Assembly (NCBI GenBank): GCA_902610975.1
Contig: CACLXL010000003.1
Span: forward strand, 27,029-91,028
From: an uncultured Pelagibacteraceae bacterium
GTDB taxonomy: Bacteria; Pseudomonadota; Alphaproteobacteria; Pelagibacterales; Pelagibacteraceae
Length of the DNA stretch: 64,000 nucleotides
Direction of reading: 5' to 3'
The position numbers and the translations under genes are program-made. Every line of letters starts with the position of its first letter. The stretch's first letter is position 1. Below the pieces are notes generated by a model. The model was not told the origin of the DNA. It saw only the letters and a list, made by a program, of their open reading frames with translations, and made no database searches. Below are positions 62,053 through 64,000 of this stretch, in pieces.

Positions 62053-62825
62053 TTAAAGTTTAAAAGATCTCTCATAGAATAAAGACCTGGTTTTTTATTA
62101 GATAACCACTTAGCAGCAGTTAGAGCACCTTCAGAGTAAAGAGCTCGATCAAAAGATTCATGGTTTAAAGTAACAATTTCTTTTCCACTAGAAAATGTCA
62201 CTTCATGTTCGCCAATCACTTCGCCTTTTCTTATAGAGTTGAAATTTATTTTATTTCCGTAAGGAAATGATTTTTTATTAAGGTATTTTTTTCCTATAAT
62301 ATTATAAAAGTTTTTCTTTTTTCCTAATGCAATTCCTTTAGCTAACATTAGTGCTGTGCCTGATGGATAATCAATTTTGTGTTTGTGATGTATTTCATAA
62401 ATTTTACTCAAAAAACTTTTTCCTAATGATTTTGATGTAATTTCAGTCAGGTATATTAGTAAATTTACACCTAAACTCATATTTCCAGCTTTTAAAATAG
62501 GAATTTTTTTTGAATGTCCTTTTATCAATTTTTCCTCTTTTTTAGTAAAACCTGTTGTACCAATCACAATTTTCTTTTTTTGTTTTACAGCAATTTTAAG
62601 AATTTCTAACGTACATTTGGGAACAGTAAAGTCTATAATTATGTTTGCATTCTTAAAAACATGTTCTGAGTTCAACTCAGGTTTTATTCCGAAAATTTTT
62701 TTATTTACTTTTTTGTTTTCAGTAAGAGATACAATCTTAAAAATTTTATTTTTACTTGCCGATTTAATGAGCTGTTGGCCCATTCTTCCCATGCATCCTG
62801 ATATTGCTAATTTAATTTTTTTCAT
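62049..62825 (-). CDS. dapB: 4-hydroxy-tetrahydrodipicolinate reductase
   Basis: GCMGRMG, GTTG and EIHHKHKIDYPSGTA motifs. Confidence 0.96.
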   Translation of the reverse strand: MKKIKLAISGCMGRMGQQLIKSASKNKIFKIVSLTENKKVNKKIFGIKPELNSEHVFKNANIIIDFTVPKCTLEILKIAVKQKKKIVIGTTGFTKKEEKLIKGHSKKIPILKAGNMSLGVNLLIYLTEITSKSLGKSFLSKIYEIHHKHKIDYPSGTALMLAKGIALGKKKNFYNIIGKKYLNKKSFPYGNKINFNSIRKGEVIGEHEVTFSSGKEIVTLNHESFDRALYSEGALTAAKWLSNKKPGLYSMRDLLNFK

Positions 62826-62992
62826 TATTTAATTAAGTAAATAATTACAATAATCAGAAGTACAATTATAGTCCAGATAGATAAATTATTTAAAAATTGT
62901 TTTAACTTATTATTGGTGGATAAAAAACCAGGTAAGATTAAAACAAGCACTGCAATAAGAAATATTGCAGACATTATTTGATCAGTACCCAT
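62825..62992 (-). CDS. Small two-TM membrane protein (55 aa; not in ORF track)
   Basis: MGTDQIMSAIFLIAVLVLILPGFLSTNNKLKQFLNNLSIWTIIVLLIIVIIYLIK; fills the dnaJ-dapB gap; stop overlaps the dapB ATG. Confidence 0.75.
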   Translation of the reverse strand: MGTDQIMSAIFLIAVLVLILPGFLSTNNKLKQFLNNLSIWTIIVLLIIVIIYLIK

Positions 62993-62997
62993 TTAAA

Positions 62998-64000
62998 CTA
63001 GTTTTTCTTCCAGAACTTTTTAGCCTTTTCAAAGAAGCTTTTAATCACTGGATCAGGTTTATTAGCCTCTATTTCATTAAATTCTTCTAATATTTCCTTT
63101 TGTCTTTTAGATAGCGATGTTGGCACCTGAGTGACAACTCTAATGTAAAGATCGCCAAATAAACTTCTTCTCAGAATTGGCATACCTTTGCCTTTTAATC
63201 TTAATTGTTTTCCGTGTTGTGTTCCTGAAGGAATTTTGATTTTCGATTTTCCTCCATCTATTGAAGGCACCTCCACAGAAGTACCTAGTGCAGCGTCTGA
63301 AAATGAAATCGGCAATTCATAATATAAATTTTCGTCTGATCTCTTAAATATATTATGATTATCTATGGATATAAATAAGTATAAATCTCCATTTGAGCCA
63401 CCTTTCGAGCCAGCTTCTCCTTTACCAGATAGCCTTATTCTTGTTCCATCGTCCACACCTTTTGGAATTTTCACTGAGACGCTCTCATTAGCTTGTGTTT
63501 TTCCATTTCCACTACAAATATTACATGGTGTACTAATCATTTCTCCATAACCACTACATTGAGGACAAGTTTGTTGAACTGTAAAGAAGCCTTGATTGGT
63601 TCTCACTTTTCCTCTTCCAGAACAGTAATCGCATCTAATAGGTTTTGATCCTTTTGCTGCACCACTTCCCGAACATGATTTGCAAGATTTATAAGTTGTA
63701 TACCTTACATTCTTTTCAGTTCCTCTGTAGGCATCTTCTAAGCTTATACTGACATCGTATCTTAAATCATTTCCTCTATTACTAGTTCTTCTAGAGGAGC
63801 TGCCACCAAAATCACTAAAGAAATCTTCAAAAATATCTGAGAAAGAGGAACTATCAAATCCTCCAAATCCTTGAAATCCACCGCCGCTCCCTCCACCTTC
63901 AAAAGCGGCATGACCGAATTGATCATAATTAGCTTTTCTTTTATCATCAGAAAGTATGTGGTATGCCTCGCTAGCCTCTTTAAATTTTTCTTCCGAAGCC
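62998..64000 (-). CDS. dnaJ: Chaperone DnaJ (5' end beyond window)
   Basis: Frame is open to the window edge: EKFKEASEAY, YDQFGH, G/F region, four CxxCxGxG repeats. Confidence 0.97.
   Translation of the reverse strand, partial: ASEEKFKEASEAYHILSDDKRKANYDQFGHAAFEGGGSGGGFQGFGGFDSSSFSDIFEDFFSDFGGSSSRRTSNRGNDLRYDVSISLEDAYRGTEKNVRYTTYKSCKSCSGSGAAKGSKPIRCDYCSGRGKVRTNQGFFTVQQTCPQCSGYGEMISTPCNICSGNGKTQANESVSVKIPKGVDDGTRIRLSGKGEAGSKGGSNGDLYLFISIDNHNIFKRSDENLYYELPISFSDAALGTSVEVPSIDGGKSKIKIPSGTQHGKQLRLKGKGMPILRRSLFGDLYIRVVTQVPTSLSKRQKEILEEFNEIEANKPDPVIKSFFEKAKKFWKKN

Noticed and set aside
636-63550. Many 60-170 aa antisense or alternate-frame ORFs (e.g. 13404-13757, 23053-23412, 40533-41015, 60830-61330)
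   Set aside because: They lie within well-supported genes, carry no motifs, and have the Ser/Phe/Ile/Leu-rich composition typical of shadow ORFs.
63607-64000. dnaJ looks truncated in the ORF track, with a separate 61-aa ORF at 63762-63947
   Set aside because: The dnaJ frame is open to the window edge; the small ORF is an alternate-frame shadow.
1-64000. CRISPR arrays, transposases, prophage or defence genes, riboswitches
   Set aside because: None recognised; nearly all sequence is accounted for by core genes and no spaced direct-repeat array is visible.

Overview
AT-rich, very compact alphaproteobacterial core chromosome, most consistent with Pelagibacterales (SAR11). It spans the probable replication origin (hemE/ppsR intergenic region) and two parS sites inside rsmG. 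It carries about 70 mostly housekeeping genes: ccmCDEFGH, hem genes, his genes, an acs/solute-symporter locus, hslUV, mnmEG-rsmG-parAB, leuS, a porin and dnaJ. There is one tRNA-Gly(GCC). I see no mobile element, CRISPR array or defence island. The most notable observations are: (1) an uncalled 40-aa ArfA-like ribosome-rescue ORF coupled to a pseudo-receiver CenR-like regulator; (2) a 53-aa protamine/histone-H1-like polybasic N-terminal tail on acetyl-CoA synthetase; (3) an intergenic 15-bp hairpin whose loop is a Shine-Dalgarno (SD)+ATG+TAA on one strand and an anti-SD on the other (candidate sRNA); (4) an apparent ~19-kb inversion spanning oriC; (5) two divergent gene pairs whose start codons abut or overlap. 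All product calls come from motif recognition by eye; no database search was run.
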